From contig OW569391.1 of the NCBI GenBank assembly GCA_937625935.1, positions 124,001 through 188,000 on the forward strand: 64,000 nucleotides of DNA, written 5' to 3'. Shown here in pieces: positions 44,437 through 56,977 of this stretch. This stretch comes from Tetramitus jugosus (lineage: Eukaryota > Protista > Heterolobosea). Within the stretch, counting starts at the first letter, position 1. Each line of letters starts with the position of its first letter. The notes beneath the pieces are model-generated. The model was not told the DNA's origin and searched no databases. It was given only the letters and a program-made list of their open reading frames with translations. The position numbers and the translations under genes were made by a program.

Positions 44437-47006
44437 TTACCTCTTGAGTTTCTTTATTGCCTGTGAAATGAAACCGAGATCAGCAACACCTGAACCCACA
44501 TCTGCCTTCTCTTCTTCGTCGTTTTCTTCACGCTTTCTCTTGTTCGAGCCAATATTGGCAAACAAATCAACAGTGACTAACTTGTTCTTTGCAGTCTTCT
44601 TGTTCTTTGAGGACGCTAAAAGTGGATCCACTGGAGCAACAGGTTTCTTACTTTGAGGCTTTGCTTTCTCTGTCGGTTTTGGCGCTTGTTCCTCTGTTTT
44701 ATCTTCAATGATATCCTTAAACATGTCTCTTCGCTTTTCGTTTTGGTCTTCGACACTCAACCACCTTTCAGCATCTTGCTTGAACTTTGACAGGTAACAC
44801 TTATTCCAAATAATGATACCATGCTTGCAATTTCGCATATTCTTCTCATCGGCAACCAACTCTGCAGCAATGTCCTTTTTCCGCTTAGCTTCACAAACAA
44901 ACATGCACTTTTCAATCACGTGACTGCCGAACATGTCCTTTGCCAGTCTGGCATAATTTCCCTTCAATTTCTTGATAATGTTGTACTTTGATTTACTACC
45001 GACTGCTTGCTTGCTCATGACGAGTGATTCGGCCACTTTGCTACCAAACTTGTCGCAACACATATCAGCAAACAATCTATCGTCCAATGCCAGGAATCCC
45101 TCCAACAAGATTTGCAGCTGTTGAGCATCGAATTTAAACATTGTTGATAGCAATTGGCAACCAAATCGATCCAACATTGGATTTGGAGGAGGAGTTGAGC
45201 TATTAAACAGGAGCGTGTTGATCAATTTCTGGCGCTCAGAGGAATGATACTGATTTGCGTTGAATGACGCCATCATCTCCTTGATAAACTCCTTTTGTTT
45301 GGTATTAAATTGGATACAGCCTTCTGCGAGAGCAGTGATTACGTTTCTAGTCCTTGTCTCCCATATCTTGCCAAGAACAGGCTCAAGCTCCTTCATCATT
45401 AGTTCAAACTGTTCCTTGTGTGTCGCGTTTTTGATCAAATCTTCAACAATGTAGCACTGGAATCGATCGACACTCATATCAGCCAACTTATTACGGAACA
45501 CAAACGTGTACATGTCATTTCTCAAGTCTTCACTTGAACTCTTGATCACTGCTTGTAACAAGTGAATCGTAGAGTTGTTCTCCATCAACCAGAGAATGCT
45601 CTGCTTGACCTTGGCGTCCGAAAAGTTGAGCTTGGATACACTCGTGTCAATTCCAAACACAAACTTGATCACATTTTCATATGCTTGATGCGTGTTGGGT
45701 ATGATTTCCAAGAAGGATACCAAGCAAGCAATACCAGTCTCATATGGCAACCATTCTCTGAACGTTGTGCCTCTCAAGATTTCATCAACCACTGAAATCA
45801 GCAATCTACGATACTATTATAGTGGAACGAACAACAACAACAACAATAACAAAATCGTTAAAATCCAGGTCAGCTTAACTCACACATAAGACATAAAACA
45901 CTTGAAAAAAAACATACTCTGTTCGATAGTTTCTCATTTGTCAATTCGCACAATGCACGAACATACTCTCTCACAAAGAATGTTGCCTGTGGATGAATAA
46001 CCATTTCACTCAACAAATCCTTGAGGTACTCTCTCAACTTTTTCAACAAGTCAATCATGAGCACTGAAGATGACTCTTCTGCTGCCAATACCTCTCCTTC
46101 TTCTTCCTCATCCTCCGATAGTAACTTATTCTTGACTTCTTCTTGACAAATCATTGGCGCTCTCTTCATGATTGCATCAAGAACAAAGCTACTGAAACGA
46201 CCAGTTGCAACCCACTTGATCCTCTTCAAGAAATGCTTAAAGAATGCAATTAAATGTGCAGGTGCAGCCACTTCACACAATGACTGAATAATACGACTGC
46301 TCTGCGGATAATTCAACACTGTTAAAAACTCTTTTTCAGCTTCTTTTTGCAGCTTGTTCATTTTTTCAGAGTCAACTTTTTTGCGCTTGGTTTTTGTGGT
46401 GCCTTCCTTTGATTCCTCATCATCTTCATCGTCCTGCTCTTCGATTGCAATCAGCGCATTCACAGTTTCTCTCAACACTGATTCAATAAAAAGACTCCGC
46501 TCGTGATCATCGGGGAATTGATCCTGTTGCATTGCTTTTTGAGAGCGCATAAAATAGCTCTTCATTTCACTTGGTATCTCAATCGTGTTTTTTCCTTCGT
46601 GATCCCAAGTGAAAGCTTCTGATGATTTGGAGTTGTTCTTTTTAGCAGTGTTGGTGTTGTTGTTGGTAACTTGTGATGCTTCTTCAGTTGCATCAGCAGC
46701 ATACTGTTGATGATAATTATTATTATAGTTGTTATAGTTGTTATAGTCGCTATTGTTGTTGTTATTGTTGTATGATGAGTAGGAAGAGTATGATGATTGC
46801 TGTTGGTTGTTATTATTGTTGTAGCGATTGTTATTGTCATACTTGTTGTTTTCATAACTGTTGTAATTGTTGGTATTGTAATTACTCTTGTAACTATTGT
46901 TGTTATTGTTGTTGTGACGCTTGTTATTGTTGTTGTCGTACGACCTGTTGTTGTTGTCGTTGGAATAGTTTTGTTGTTGGCGAGGTTGCCTTCTGTTGAC
47001 AAACAT
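44437..47006 (-). CDS. NOP9: Nucleolar Pumilio-repeat protein Nop9-like (intron 45814-45917)
   Basis: SSRIIQSL, FSSFVL, ATFFVR, KFGSKVAE and FGSHVIEKC PUF-like repeats; phase-0 GTATGT..TAG intron. Confidence 0.78.
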
Positions 47007-47202
47007 GGTTGTGGTGATGGTGTTTGTTGTGAAATTGTTTTTTGGTTTGTTCAAAAATCTGAATGAATGAAACTGGCTCGTTTGTTGAATGTTCAATGGA
47101 AATGTGTCGGGTTAAATTTGTCCGCCCAATCGCTCGTGGATCAATACAACGACCAATCTGTTCTACACTGACGTCCTTACAGTAGATCCCCATCGTGTGA
47201 CA

Positions 47203-48678
47203 ATGATTGATCGTGAACCAATCATACTACCAGAATTCACTGCCAGTACACTTCAATTGAATCTCGCCGAACAAGAATCCATGTTCGTAAAAACAAAGCA
47301 AAGAGAACCAAGAGTTGACGTGAGTGAAGAAACGAGCTGTGAATTAGATGACATGACCAACAGTTTCACAGTTGAAATTTGTTCTGCACTTTGCAGAGAC
47401 ACATGGTCGAAAATCATTGAATTTTGTGACACTCGAGAATGGTTGCAATTGAGTTACACTTGCAAAGGAATCAACCAATTCAAATTCAATCGATTATTCA
47501 TGTCCAACAAGACCAGAACTCTAATATTCTGTTTACTTGGTCAACAAATTGAATACTGGTTTCGATTGGGAAAAGGAACACTGTTCAATGTTGACTTGAC
47601 AAAGAGTCTTTATGTGATTGACGAGCATTTCAAATTCTTGGAAGGTATTCACACACTTAATATGACTGGATGCAAGATTATCACAGATCAAGCCTTTTCT
47701 CATTTGATTGGCATCCACAGCCTCAACATGAGTCGTTGTACTAAAGTCACTGATGATGCATTTTATCACTTGAGAGGTATTCACACCCTCAATATGAGTT
47801 ATTGCCATCAAATCAGTGATGGTGCCTTTTCTCACTTGACTGGCATTCATACGCTCGACGTGAGTGCTTGCTATGAAATCACAGATGATGCGTTTTCTTA
47901 TTTGACTGGCATTCATACTCTGAGTATGAGTTGTTGCAAGTACATTACAGACGATGCATTTCGTCATTTGATTGGTATTCACACCCTTGATATGAGTGAT
48001 TGTAATCAAATCTCAGATGAAGCTTTTGTTCATTTGAGGGGTATTCATACACTTGATATCAGTCACTCCTGTCAAATTACAGACAACGCTTTTCATCATT
48101 TGGTTGGCATTCACACACTCAACATGAGTGGATGCAATCAGATCACAGATCAAGCTTTTGCTTATTTGACTGGCATTCATTCTCTCAACATGGGTGGTTG
48201 TACGACAATTACATGCAATGCATTTCATCATCTGGCTGGCATCCAGACACTCAAAATGAGTTTTTGTACGACAATTACCGACAACGCTTTTACTCATGTG
48301 TCGGGTGTTCATACATTATGTGTGGCCTTTTGCGATCAAATCACAGATAATGCGTTTTCCCATTTGTCTGGTGTTCATACCCTCAACATGAGTGGGTGTA
48401 AGGCCGTCACTGACAATGCATTCCATCACTTGGAAGGTACTCATACACTTGATATCAGTTTTTGCCCTCAAATAACAGATCAAGCTTTTGTCCATTTAAC
48501 TGATATCCGTTCACTCCAGATGAACGGATGCTCCCAAGAATCTATCACAGAGAAAGCACTACTTCATTTGAAGAGTCTTCAGAAACTCTCTTGGCCTAAT
48601 AGCAAGCGCGATAGTAGCTTCATTGAGAAGGTTGTTCAACATTGTGAATCAAATTCGATAACTCTCTTATTGGAATGA
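47203..48678 (+). CDS. F-box-like + 22-aa LRR protein, copy 1
   Basis: LCRDTWSKIIEFCDTREWLQLSYTCK followed by ~14 repeats of LxGIHTLxMSxCxxITDxAFxH. Confidence 0.85.
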   Translation: MIDREPIILPEFTASTLQLNLAEQESMFVKTKQREPRVDVSEETSCELDDMTNSFTVEICSALCRDTWSKIIEFCDTREWLQLSYTCKGINQFKFNRLFMSNKTRTLIFCLLGQQIEYWFRLGKGTLFNVDLTKSLYVIDEHFKFLEGIHTLNMTGCKIITDQAFSHLIGIHSLNMSRCTKVTDDAFYHLRGIHTLNMSYCHQISDGAFSHLTGIHTLDVSACYEITDDAFSYLTGIHTLSMSCCKYITDDAFRHLIGIHTLDMSDCNQISDEAFVHLRGIHTLDISHSCQITDNAFHHLVGIHTLNMSGCNQITDQAFAYLTGIHSLNMGGCTTITCNAFHHLAGIQTLKMSFCTTITDNAFTHVSGVHTLCVAFCDQITDNAFSHLSGVHTLNMSGCKAVTDNAFHHLEGTHTLDISFCPQITDQAFVHLTDIRSLQMNGCSQESITEKALLHLKSLQKLSWPNSKRDSSFIEKVVQHCESNSITLLLE

Positions 48679-49035
48679 CGAGATACGTGACAATAAGGAA
48701 GAATGTTTAAAACTGTAATTTATCAAGCTCTCAAAGAATGTCAATAATTGTAAGCGCAAGTTTGCCATCGACAGTAACTGTAAACAGATCGGCTACTCGA
48801 TTCCAAACTCTCCTCCGACACTGTTAGTTTTACATCCACACCGAACAAACCATCTATCAATCTTTTTTAAATACTTCTTCTTGTCTTCAACGTAGTCAAT
48901 GTAAGGATGAATACAATTCCCTTTTCTCCGTGTTGGTAGTAATCACTCTTTCTCCATGTTCGTAACTCCCCGGGGATTGAACGTTGTTCCCACCCACAGG
49001 GCATCTGTGAAGTTCCTCGAACAAAAAACAAAAGA

Positions 49036-50025
49036 ATGAAAGGACGTTTCGAGAACAATGATGATAACGGGAATGCAGCAATCAATGAAAATTTCATCAC
49101 CAACAATTTAACAGTTGGAATTGATTCAGCTCTTTGCAGAGACACATGGTCAAGAATCATTGAATTTTGTGACACTCGAGAATGGTTGCAATTGAGTTAC
49201 ACTTGCAGAGGAATCAATCAATTCAAATTCAATCGATTATTCATGTCCAATAAGACCAGAACTCTTAAAGACTCTTTGGATAGTCAACAAATTGAACACT
49301 GGTTTCGATTGGGAAAAGGAACACTGTTTAATGTCGACATGAAAGGGAGTCTGAGTGTCGCAGATGATCACTTCCAATACTTGCTTGGGATTCACACTCT
49401 CATCATGAGTGAGTGCGATCAGATCACAGACCAAGCCTTCGCTCATTTGACTGGCATTCAAATCCTCAAAATGAGCTGTTGTACCGCAATTACAGGCAAT
49501 GCATTCGCTCATTTGTCCGGTATTCACACGATCTATATGTCATATTGCTATCAGGTCACAAATGATGCATTTTCCCATTTGAAGGGTATTCACACACTCT
49601 GTATCATTGGTTGCGATCAACTTACAGACCAAGCCTTTTCTCATTTGTCTGGAATTCACACCCTTGATATGAGTTGTTGTACTCAAATCACAGACGGTGC
49701 ATTTTCTCATTTGAAAGGCATTCATACACTCGATATCAGTTATTGTTCTCAAATTACAGATCTGGCCTTCTCTCATTTGGCTCATATCCACACACTTGAA
49801 ATGACCAAGTGTCACCAAATCACAGACGAAGCTTTTTCTCATTTGGCTGATATTCACTCCCTCTCTTTGAATGGATGCGATCAAGAATCGATCACAGAGA
49901 AAGCATTACTTCATATGAAACGTCTCCAGAAACTCTCTTGGTCTTATAGTCTGCGCGACGTTAGTTTCATGGAAAAGGTTGTTCAACATTGTGAATCAAA
50001 TTCAATAACTCTCTTATTGGAATGA
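49036..50025 (+). CDS. F-box-like + 22-aa LRR protein, copy 2
   Basis: Same N- and C-terminal caps as copy 1, ~8 repeats. Confidence 0.85.
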   Translation: MKGRFENNDDNGNAAINENFITNNLTVGIDSALCRDTWSRIIEFCDTREWLQLSYTCRGINQFKFNRLFMSNKTRTLKDSLDSQQIEHWFRLGKGTLFNVDMKGSLSVADDHFQYLLGIHTLIMSECDQITDQAFAHLTGIQILKMSCCTAITGNAFAHLSGIHTIYMSYCYQVTNDAFSHLKGIHTLCIIGCDQLTDQAFSHLSGIHTLDMSCCTQITDGAFSHLKGIHTLDISYCSQITDLAFSHLAHIHTLEMTKCHQITDEAFSHLADIHSLSLNGCDQESITEKALLHMKRLQKLSWSYSLRDVSFMEKVVQHCESNSITLLLE

Positions 50026-50161
50026 CGAGATGCAATCTGCAGTTGTAACGATAAGGTAGAATATTTTCAACTGTAACTTATCAAGGCTCTCTCAAAGAAT
50101 GTCAGTAATTGTAAGCTATCACTGTTAGTTTGCCATCGTCGCGCCACTTCAAAAATCAACG

Positions 50162-51523
50162 TTGAGAGTACCAAAAAGTTCCGAATTAGATGTCACCGTA
50201 GACAGTTTCACAATTGAAATTTGTTCAGCTCTTTGCAGAGACACATGGTCAAGAATCATTGAATTTTGTGACACTCGAGAATGGTTGCAATTGAGTTACA
50301 CTTGCAAAGGAATCAATCAATTCAAAGTCAATCAATTGTTTGTGTTCAACAAGAAGAGAACACTAAAACGAACCTTGGACGATAAAGAAATTGAACATTG
50401 GCTTCGATTGAGCAAAGGAACACTGTTTAATGTTGACTTTAATGGGAGTCCGAATGTGAGAGATGAACATTTCCAGTATTTGCTTGGTATTCACACACTC
50501 GACATGGGTGGGTGCGATCAGCTCACAGATCGAGCTGTTCCTCATTTGACTGGCATTCATACTCTCCAAATGAGTGGCTGCACGAGAATTTCATTCAATG
50601 AATTTCATCATTTGACTGGCATTCACACACTCAAAATGAGTTCTTGCAAGGCAATTACAGACGATTCATTGACTCATTTGACCGGCATTCACACGCTTCA
50701 TTTGTCTTATTGCTATGGGATCACAGATGATGCATTTTCCCATTTGAAGGGTATTCACACACTCTGTATCATTGGTTGCAAGCAGATTACTAACCGTGCC
50801 TTCTCCCATTTGACTGGTATTCACACCCTTGATATGAGTTGTTGTACTCAAATCACAGACGGTGCGTTTTGTCATTTGAAGGGTGTTCATACACTTGATA
50901 TCAGTTATTGTTCTCAAATTACAGATCTGGCCTTTTCTCATTTGACGGGTATCCACACCCTTGATATGAGTGATTGCAATCAAATCACAGATGAAGCATT
51001 TGTTCATTTGAGGGGTATTCATACACTTGATATCAGTCGCTCCTGTCAAATTACAGACAACGCTTTTCATCATTTGGTTGGCATTCACACACTCAACATG
51101 AGTGGATGTAAGCAGATCACAGATCAAGCTTTTGCTTATTTGACTGGCATTCACTCTCTCAACATGAGTTTTTGTACGACAATTACATGCAACGCGTTTC
51201 CTCATCTGACTGGCATCCACACTCTCAAAATGAATGGTTGCAAGACCATTTCAAACAATGCATTTCCTCATTTGACAGGTATTCATACTCTTGATATCAG
51301 CTACTGTTCTCAAATCACAGATGAAGCCTTTCCTCATTTGACTGACATTCGTTCGCTCTCTATGAACGGATGCTCCCAAGAATCGATCACAGAGAAAGCA
51401 CTACTTCATTTGAAGAACCTTCGCAAACTCTCTTGGTATCGTAGTCTGCGCGATAAAAGTTTCATCGAGAAGGTCATTCAACATTGCGAATCAAATTCAA
51501 TAACACTTAGGGAAATGAAGTGA
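50162..51523 (+). pseudogene. F-box-like + 22-aa LRR protein, copy 3, lacking an ATG start
   Basis: Open frame with ~14 repeats, but in-frame TAG at 50126-28 and no ATG before the first LRR. Confidence 0.55.
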
Positions 51524-51662
51524 TAGCTACCAGCTCTCTTAGCACCCTGTCCATATTCTTCCGAAGAAGTTGTCAGCACTCGTGATGGATTGGAGTTCAA
51601 CACCAAGCAGGCAATACCTTTCAATCAAAACAAGTAAGCTAAAATCTTATCTACGAAGGCAC

Positions 51663-52328
51663 TTAGTGATATTTTTTATAAATATTATCCAATGCGACTC
51701 TCTTTTGCATTCTAAACCAATAGTCCATTAAATCAGGAATTGGCAACGAATACAGCAAACTGGTTCTTATCCTGTAATACGGAGAGGCTGCAATAGGTGC
51801 AAAACATGGGAAAAATTCACGCTCAAAAATCTCCTTGCATTCCTGATCTTGTTCCGATGTTTCACCATCATCAGAGTCACTCTTTCTTGTCGCAGCAGCC
51901 AATGTGCAATCCTGCCACTTGTTCAGTTGCTTACCACACGGAGAATGCATACCATGCAAATAACACAGTGCACACTTGATATGCGCATTGACCAGTGACC
52001 AATCCATCAAGTCTTGTGCATCAAGAATAGGATACTTTACTTTTACACTTGTTTCTTGAATTGCATCATCAGAAGAAGAAGAGCTTTCATCTGATGATGA
52101 TGATGATGACGGGACTCTTAGTTTTGGCATTGGAGGAATCTCAATTTCACATTGATTGTCAAGAACAGTGTCTTCAATGGAAGCCAAGAACTTTCTTGCT
52201 TTGAGAGTGTCTTTTGGGTTGTTTAGGATGGTTCTAGTGAAGACGGATGGTTTTTCCTTGGTGATGCTCGATTGAACATTGATCACATCATCGTTGTTAT
52301 CATTGCCATTGTTGTTGTTCGTCGTCAT
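51663..52328 (-). CDS. GCK/twin-Cys helical domain protein
   Basis: CALC..SPCGKQLNKWQDC..ECKEIF..PC..YY pattern. Confidence 0.55.
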   Translation of the reverse strand: MTTNNNNGNDNNDDVINVQSSITKEKPSVFTRTILNNPKDTLKARKFLASIEDTVLDNQCEIEIPPMPKLRVPSSSSSSDESSSSSDDAIQETSVKVKYPILDAQDLMDWSLVNAHIKCALCYLHGMHSPCGKQLNKWQDCTLAAATRKSDSDDGETSEQDQECKEIFEREFFPCFAPIAASPYYRIRTSLLYSLPIPDLMDYWFRMQKRVALDNIYKKYH

Positions 52329-52556
52329 TTTTTGTTGTGTTGTTTTTTGAAGCGGATAAATTACACACAGCATCGTGAATTCATGAATATTCTCTGAGCA
52401 GAGGTCTGAGATAGGCAGATGCAGTACAAACATGCCATTTGGTGCATGCTTGGACAAATAATTTATAAAAAGTAGTTTTTGGTTGGTGATTCGGAGTGGT
52501 GGAGGTCGCTTTGCTTTGGTGTTGAGAATAGCAACACCAAAGTACGACAACGATTG

Positions 52557-53885
52557 TCATATTCCATCCGACAGTTCTTCTTCTTCTTCATTCATTCCAC
52601 TTAGACTTAACTCCTTTTGGTATAGAGCTTCTTCTTCAAGAGCTGTTAAATCCTCTTGACTCATATTATGTACAGCAGTTCTCGTTAGCACATCTTCGCA
52701 TTCATCTGATGATATTGGATTCGGATCCATGAACGTTATTTCGAGATCATCTCCTTCATCACCATTGTTTGTCACTCGAGGAGTAAATGCACGAATAAAT
52801 ACATTGTCCAGTGAAACACCAACATCTTCTTCGCCGTCTTCTTCAAGATGAATACTAAAATGTTGTTCTTGATCACTGCTCGTATCGTTCAATTGAACGT
52901 CTCTGGTGCTTCCAGATACTTCATTTTCATGATTCCTAGTCTCTCTCATCTCTTCTTGTTCCCCGTGTTGCGCCTGTCGATCCACAACATCATGACTCCT
53001 CCTTCGAGTGACAGTAGTCTCTCTATGCGCCAATTGTAATTGATCCAAAATCTCCTGCTGTCTATTCACTTCTTCTTCTTGTTCGCGCAAAGAGAGTGCA
53101 ATCGCTCTTTCGAGCATCAATGTGTCAATATCTTCGTTTGTAGTAATCTGATCAGCTACATCACTCGGCACAAAATCATTCAACAATTCTCTTGCTTCCT
53201 GAGCAAGCCTCGATGTAGTTCTTGTTATCGTTGTTGTCGTTGCTTCTTGGGCATGACTCGACGAGTTGTTTGTTTGTTCTTCTTCCTGCTCTGTTATTAT
53301 ACGCTGTTGATTGGACAATAAGAATCGAGTCGTTCGATCATTGTCATTATAATCATAGTTATGACTACTGTTCAAACTATTGGCGCCATTTCGATCCTCT
53401 GCTTGATTGTCCGAAATTTCCCGTTGGTTCTGTAACTCTGCTTGTTCTCTTTGCATTTGTAAACGTAGCTCAATTACCTTTTGTTCTTCGATCCGTTCCT
53501 TCAACAGCTCATCCTCTGTTTTGGGACCTCTATAGATGACATGATATGGCTTAGTGTTACAAAAGGGACACAATGACTGGTTGGCCGCCGCACCACCTCC
53601 ACCACTGCTCTTCTTTGAAGGTTTCTTTACCTGAAAAAAACATTCGGAACAAATCGGTTGACCACAGCATGCAGAACGGTTGAGACCACCAAAATAAAAC
53701 ATCATACAAATGGGGCACTCATCTGTTCTTTCCACTTGATTCTCTAGTGGTGGAAAGAAGGGTGAAACTTTTTTGGAGAGGACCATGCGACGAAGTGTGT
53801 GAGCGTCCCATGCACAATGTGCATAAACACCGTGTGGTGCGAGAAGTTTTGGGTCAATCGTCTCTCTACTGTGATTCCTGCCCAT
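52557..53885 (-). CDS. Sip5/GW2/DA2-type RING protein
   Basis: MG N-terminus, GVY..WD..LRRMV..SPFF, ECPICMMFY..LNRSACCGQPICSECF..CPFC, UIM-like LERAIALSL. Confidence 0.82.
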   Translation of the reverse strand: MGRNHSRETIDPKLLAPHGVYAHCAWDAHTLRRMVLSKKVSPFFPPLENQVERTDECPICMMFYFGGLNRSACCGQPICSECFFQVKKPSKKSSGGGGAAANQSLCPFCNTKPYHVIYRGPKTEDELLKERIEEQKVIELRLQMQREQAELQNQREISDNQAEDRNGANSLNSSHNYDYNDNDRTTRFLLSNQQRIITEQEEEQTNNSSSHAQEATTTTITRTTSRLAQEARELLNDFVPSDVADQITTNEDIDTLMLERAIALSLREQEEEVNRQQEILDQLQLAHRETTVTRRRSHDVVDRQAQHGEQEEMRETRNHENEVSGSTRDVQLNDTSSDQEQHFSIHLEEDGEEDVGVSLDNVFIRAFTPRVTNNGDEGDDLEITFMDPNPISSDECEDVLTRTAVHNMSQEDLTALEEEALYQKELSLSGMNEEEEELSDGI

Positions 53886-54212
53886 TGTTACTGTTGTTGT
53901 TGTTGTTTTTGTGTTTTGTTGTTGTGGTGCGGATGTTTTTTTCCGTCTTGAGTTAATTATTTGAAGGTGGGGGATTGTTTTGCTGATTGTGGAACAATGT
54001 CGTGAGAGTCACAAGGTTTGTGCAATTAGTTCAATATTCACTCACTTGCTCTTGTTGTGTTTTTTTGCGCCCCATCGGGTCGTGAGTTGGTGATCCTTTA
54101 AAAAAAACAGAGATGGCAAGTGAGAGCTTGACCGTCTTTGCCATTTTAAGAATACGAAATGAAGTGAAGTATTGTTAACTTTTATCGTGTGAAAAAGGTT
54201 CCAAGCAAACGA

Positions 54213-56977
54213 TTAACTGGACGATTGTATATCTTGTGTCAGTGACGTTGTTGCCTGTTGAGTTGATTCAAGAGTAGTTGGAGGAGTGGACGAAGGAGGC
54301 TGTTTCTGCCATTCATGTGCTACCTTGTCCATGACACAGACAAGCATCTTGGGATTCTTCTCCACGACATAAAATTTGAACATGAACTCAGCCTGTTGAA
54401 TATCATTAAAGTCTGTAATGTGGCGCCGCGCCTGGAACAGCTTTTTCCAATTCAATTGACTCTCGGAACACATGGTTCCTTGGGTGTATGTCTTTAGATT
54501 GTCGCGATGAATTCCCCATTGCTTATCGTACAGATTCATCCACAGTCGATGATCATTGGTCAATTGATTCCACTTTTTACAGACAGACATGCAAGAATAA
54601 AGACTCTTCACATCTAGGAACATCATCAGATAAGCCATTGTGTCAGGTGCTAAAAATTGATGAATTGGATGAGCGTCACGACTCGTCATCATCAAAGACC
54701 GAACACCACCATCTTGCGGGTACAAGTGCTTTGATCGATCCATTTTCAATATCTGACACTGGACCAATGCATTTTCCTGATCCATCTTTTGTCTCTTATT
54801 GGCCTCATCATCTCCACTCTTTGAACCATCGTCCAATTGTGATTGACTTCGCTTCAATGAAGCGCGATCACTACCAAATATCCGATGAAACAACTCATCC
54901 GACTGAGAAGAGTAGTCTGATCCTGGTTCTCTCACATCCGTCACTTGTTTCGCATAATACGATCCAAAGAATCCTGTTCGACGCTCCACTTCATCATCCA
55001 AATCGTCTTCCATTGAGTCCTTTCGATAGGAATGATCATGACGCATCAATTTTTTGCCTGTTGCGCCCTGGTGAGAACGAGAAACAGAAGCACCTACATT
55101 CTTTGGCACAGATCTCGACTTGGTGGACAACCGTGGTGATTTTTTGCCCTTTTTAGACACTGAACCTCTCCGTGGCGTCGTTGGTGGCTTTTTCGATGAT
55201 GATACCGACCGATGTTGAAGCTCTGACGACACATGAAACACAGTTTCCGTAGACTTGGACGGAACCGCGCCTTTTCTTACTCCGCCCTTTTTATTTCCCC
55301 GCCGTCGGCCCGCCAATTCATCCGTTTCGTTTGGGTGTATTGCATCGAAATCAAATTCGCCATTCACATCATCGTCATCATCATGATAATCATCATCTCC
55401 TTCGTCATGTGCGTCTCCTGATATACTTGCGTCCTGTGATGCTCCTCCGACTCCACAACGCGTTGTCATCACGCATGAAGAAGAAAACAATGATTGTTGT
55501 TGTGACAATTCATCACTCATGTCATCACTCTCCTCGTCAGTGGAGCTCTCTTCAGTGTCGGACACAATCTCTAGAAAACTTTGTTTGCCTGGTACTGCAC
55601 CAGTCTCAGGATCCAGTGTGATCGTTCCCAGAGAGTACTTTAAACCACATGCATTACAAAGTGTTCCTGTTCCCAATGGTCCTTTTCTCCACACCGGAGT
55701 TTTGATTACTCCGCAGTTGGAACAAATCTTTCGACCGGTTTTGCCGCTCTTTTTGAGTCGAAGTGGCTTACCATGAGAGATTGGTTCTTCAGTTGAGGCA
55801 TGAGAAGATGAAATGGATGATTTTCCTGATGATTTTCGCTTATTTGCTTGTTGTTGTTGTTTGCTTGTAGGTGTAGTAATGGTAGGGTGCTGTTGTTGTG
55901 GTGCGATGAGATTGGAACTTGTTGTTTGTAAAGCATTTGTTGCTATTGTATTCATATTCATATGGTTACTAGTATTTGTATTGTTGTTGTTGTTGTTGAT
56001 TGAGAATGGTGTTGCTACAGTCACACTTGTATTCAATGTTGGTAGTTGTTGTTGTTTTTGTATTGTTTCAGTTAAAACATGGCTCATATTGTCATTATTG
56101 TGCACTGTTGTTGTTGGTGTATGATGTGTGAGCACAGGAGCTATTACTGTGGTAGAGGTACTCGTAGTAGTGGTAGTGTCTGCAGCAGTGGTGGTTGTCG
56201 CTGTTGCTGGTAATATTGGCTGCTGTTGTAGTGCGTAATTTTGTGTGGATAGGAGAATAGTCGGAGAAAATGACGAGGAGGGAAGAGAAGGGCTCGTTGG
56301 GTGTGTTGTTGCGGTGGAGCTTGTTGTTGTAGTAGCCATTGCTGGTCGTTGTTCTTGTTGCTGTTGCGGTTGTACAATTGAACTTGGTGTTGTTGGCTGC
56401 AACTGTGCTTGTTGTTGTTGTTGGAGCGCAGGGGAAGGAGTCGTTGCTAGGAGCTGTTTGCCTCTGTTATCTAAAAGCATTTTCCCCTGCGACCATTTGA
56501 GACCGCAGGCGTTGCAAAGCGTCTATGTTCATACCAGGGAAAAGTTTTTACACACAATACAAAAAAAACCACGTGTAACGCAGCGTTCGGTGTGAGTCAT
56601 CATCGGAGTTTAACAACAATAAAAAAACCAAAACGAATTCCCGACAGAAAGCTTTTTGGCGGTGAGCTAAATAGCAAAAAACAACATACCTTTGGTCCAG
56701 CTGGTCCTCTGCGCCAAACAGGTGAAGTTCTCACCGCACAATTCGTGCATCCTTGTTGTACATGATGATCTTCTTTTGCTAATACAGTTGTTGTTGTGGT
56801 AAAAACTTGGCTACTGCGACTGACTGAAGTTGCTGCTGTAGCTATTGCTTCTTCTTTTGTTGATGATGATATCATTTGTTGTTGTAGTTGCTGTTGTGTT
56901 TGTTGTTGTTGCAGCAGTGGTGAGAATTCTTTTCTGCTGTGGTTTGCGCCCATTTCGGCCGTGTCTGACGATACCAT
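54213..56977 (-). CDS. Double GATA zinc-finger + F-box protein (intron 56523-56689)
   Basis: CTNC..SPVWRRGPAGPK|TLCNACG and CSNC..TPVWRKGP..LCNACG; F-box LAPDTMAYLMMFLDVKSLYSCMSVCKKW. Confidence 0.85.

Noticed and set aside
46562-47193. Overlapping Thr-, Val- or Cys-rich ORFs (also near 55800-57100)
   Set aside because: Alternate-frame shadows of AAC/CAA microsatellite-like coding tracts
47600-51400. Regular 66-nt periodic repeats as a possible CRISPR-like array
   Set aside because: They are in-frame coding LRR units with no repeat/unique-spacer alternation
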